A DNA stretch of 64,000 nt, from the NCBI GenBank assembly GCA_963815115.1, contig CAWFFN010000009.1:832001-896000 (forward strand), written 5' to 3'. The position numbers were made by a program, and so were the translations under genes. This DNA is from an uncultured delta proteobacterium (GTDB lineage: Bacteria > Desulfobacterota > Binatia > DP-6). This document shows, one piece after another, positions 62,001 to 64,000 of this stretch; positions within the stretch are counted from its first letter, which is position 1, and each line of letters begins with the position of its first letter. Below the pieces are notes generated by a model that saw only the letters and a list, made by a program, of their open reading frames with translations, did not search any database and had not been told where the DNA came from.

Positions 62001-64000
62001 GAGGCGGCGAGGTTTAGCGGGGTGGGGGTCGGGGGGCAAGCGCCGCGGGTGATGGTGCAGGCGCGTCATCAGCAGAGCCACCGAGACGATCCCGAGCAGC
62101 GTCCCGAGCGCTCCGAGGAGAAAGCTCCGCGGACGGTAGGCGAACTCCACGCGATGGCGGCCCGCCGGAACGGGGACACCCCTGAAGAGGTAGTCGGTGC
62201 GTACGAGCGTCGCCGGTGTGCCGTCGACGGTCGCGCGCCAGCCGGGGTAGAACCGATCGGTGAGCACGAGCAGGGCCGGCTCTGCCGCCGCCACGTCCAC
62301 CTCGACCCGGTTGGGCTGGTAGTCGACGATGGTCGCGTCCCCGGCCAGGGCGTCGCCCGGGAGCGCCGCGATGGGTGCCGCCAGGGGCTCCTCGACGACG
62401 CCGACGCGGGCGGGGTCGACGCTGGCGAGCTGGCGCACCACCTCGCCGGCCGCCGCCACCTGGACGCGCCGGACGATGACGGCACGCGGCAGGGCGTCTG
62501 GGTTCTCGTACACGACCACATCGCCCTGGCGTAGCATCTCGTGCCAGCGCTCGAGCACGGCGGGATGGACTCGTGTCATCTCGCTGCCCGCGTCCAGGAT
62601 GAAGAAGCGCACGCCCATCAGGTCAACGAGGCCTGCGTTCACGGGAGACAGCTTGAGATCGGCCCAGCAGAAGCGTCCGTAGACCCAGTGCAGCGGCTTC
62701 GCGAACGGAAAGGAGAGATAGGAATCGAAACGGTCGTCACACAGCGGCTCATAGTCGGTCGCGAGCCACAGGCCGTGACTCATTCCCGCCTTGGCCAGGT
62801 CGGAGTGATTGTAAAGCCGGTCACCGCCCGACCCGGGCCAGATGTAGGTGCGGGCCAGCCCTTGCCCTTCCGCGATGGCGCGGAGAATAGGATCGAAGCG
62901 CGCGAAGTGCTGGGCGAGGCGCGACGGCCGGATCCCGGGCTGACGGTAGCCGCAGATCAGATCGATCAGGGCGAGGACGCCGATCGCAGCACAGAGGAGG
63001 GAGCGTGCCGCCGCGCGCTCGGCGACGAGACTCGTCGCGGCGAGAAGGAGAGCGCCGGCCAGTCCGTGAAGCCATAGGGTGTGGCGCGCGGCCGGATCGC
63101 CCACTGCGGCTCCCACCGCGAGTACGCCCCCGAGTGCGACGGCAGCCGCGACCCGTGCCTCGCGTCCGGTGGGCCGGTCCCGCGCCGGCGCCCCGAGCAG
63201 GGCGTCTGTGCCGGCGCCGGACAGGAGCGCGGTGGCGAGGCCGAAGACCACCAGCGAGCGATCCGGTTCCCGGAACGCGCTGCCGCCGAGCCAATGGTAA
63301 ACGAGGTCGAAGACGCCCGCACCGCTCCCGAACGCATGCACCACCGCCACGACCCCGGCCGCGCCAGCCCAGAGCGCAAGCACGCGCGGCCGCCAGCACA
63401 CGAGCCCCGTGAGCGCCAGCCACAGCGGCAGGATGCCCACGTAGACCTGACGGAGCAGCTCGGGTGCCGTCCGCGGCGTCGGCGTCACCAGCTCGCGGAG
63501 GAATGCCGCCGGCCTCACCGGCATGATGCTTGACATCGGCACGCTGAGGCTGCCGAGCGGGCGCCAGCTCCGGGCGACGAACTCGCTCGCGGGGATCAGC
63601 TGGACGGCACCCACGAGCAGCGCCACCGTCCCCGCGACGGCGAGTCGGGCCACCGCGGCGAGCGCGACGGCGCTGCCCTCGCGGCGCGCATGCTGGGCCG
63701 TGCGAATGACGGTGAGCGGGAGCACCAAGAACAGCAGCGCATAGTATTCGAACTGCCGGAAGCCGCCGAGGAGCATGAGCCCGGTCGCCACCCCGAGAAG
63801 CCCGCAGCGGCGCCACGAGGCGCGGGCGAGCACGCGGTCGACCAGCAGGACCACCATCGGTAGCCATGCGGCCGACACGAGATGGTTCGGGAAGAAGAGC
63901 TTGATGCGCATGCTCCCCTGGTAGGCGTACACGATGCCCGCCACGACCGACGCGCCCCAGCTCGTTCCGAAGTGCCGGCAGAGCAGGGCCATCCCGACGA
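62001..64000 (-). CDS. YfhO-family polytopic membrane protein (GT-C-like), 5'-truncated by the window edge; reads in frame into cysC
   Basis: AWLP, AVQLIP..E..RS, YVG, YEN..ALPRA, FYPGWRA.VDG, FRGV.VPAG.H.V...YRP. Confidence 0.82.

Overview
A GC-rich (~70%) window from a diderm bacterium. The Cys-rich secreted modules and TetR/Rieske/SDR content suggest Candidatus Binatia, which is an inference. The first 24 kb hold two divergently oriented paralogous group 1h (actinobacterial-type, high-affinity) [NiFe]-hydrogenases, separated by a divergent CitE/Mcl-like lyase and mesaconyl-CoA isomerase (mct) pair. The + strand copy leads a full accessory and maturation operon (NifU-Rieske, DUF5947, DUF6084, protease, YceI-like, hypC-D, SIS, hypE-C-F-A-B). 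The - strand copy has no maturation genes. It is translationally coupled by 4-nt overlaps to a soluble PAS-PAS HisKA_2 histidine kinase and a REC-PAS response regulator, making it a candidate new type of H2-sensing hydrogenase and the most notable item here. The rest contains a sigma54-promoter-driven cyclase/Ser-Thr kinase/Cache receptor, a TetR-operator-controlled crotonase-Rieske operon, secreted esterase, lyase and lipase proteins, HupE/UreJ-PPIase, modABC, a Tat multicopper oxidase, vapBC, lrp-gltBD, two convergent TetR paralogs, cysC and a partial YfhO-like gene. Three single-base frameshifts occur in the hyp operon and may be sequencing errors. No rRNA, tRNA, CRISPR array or transposase was seen.
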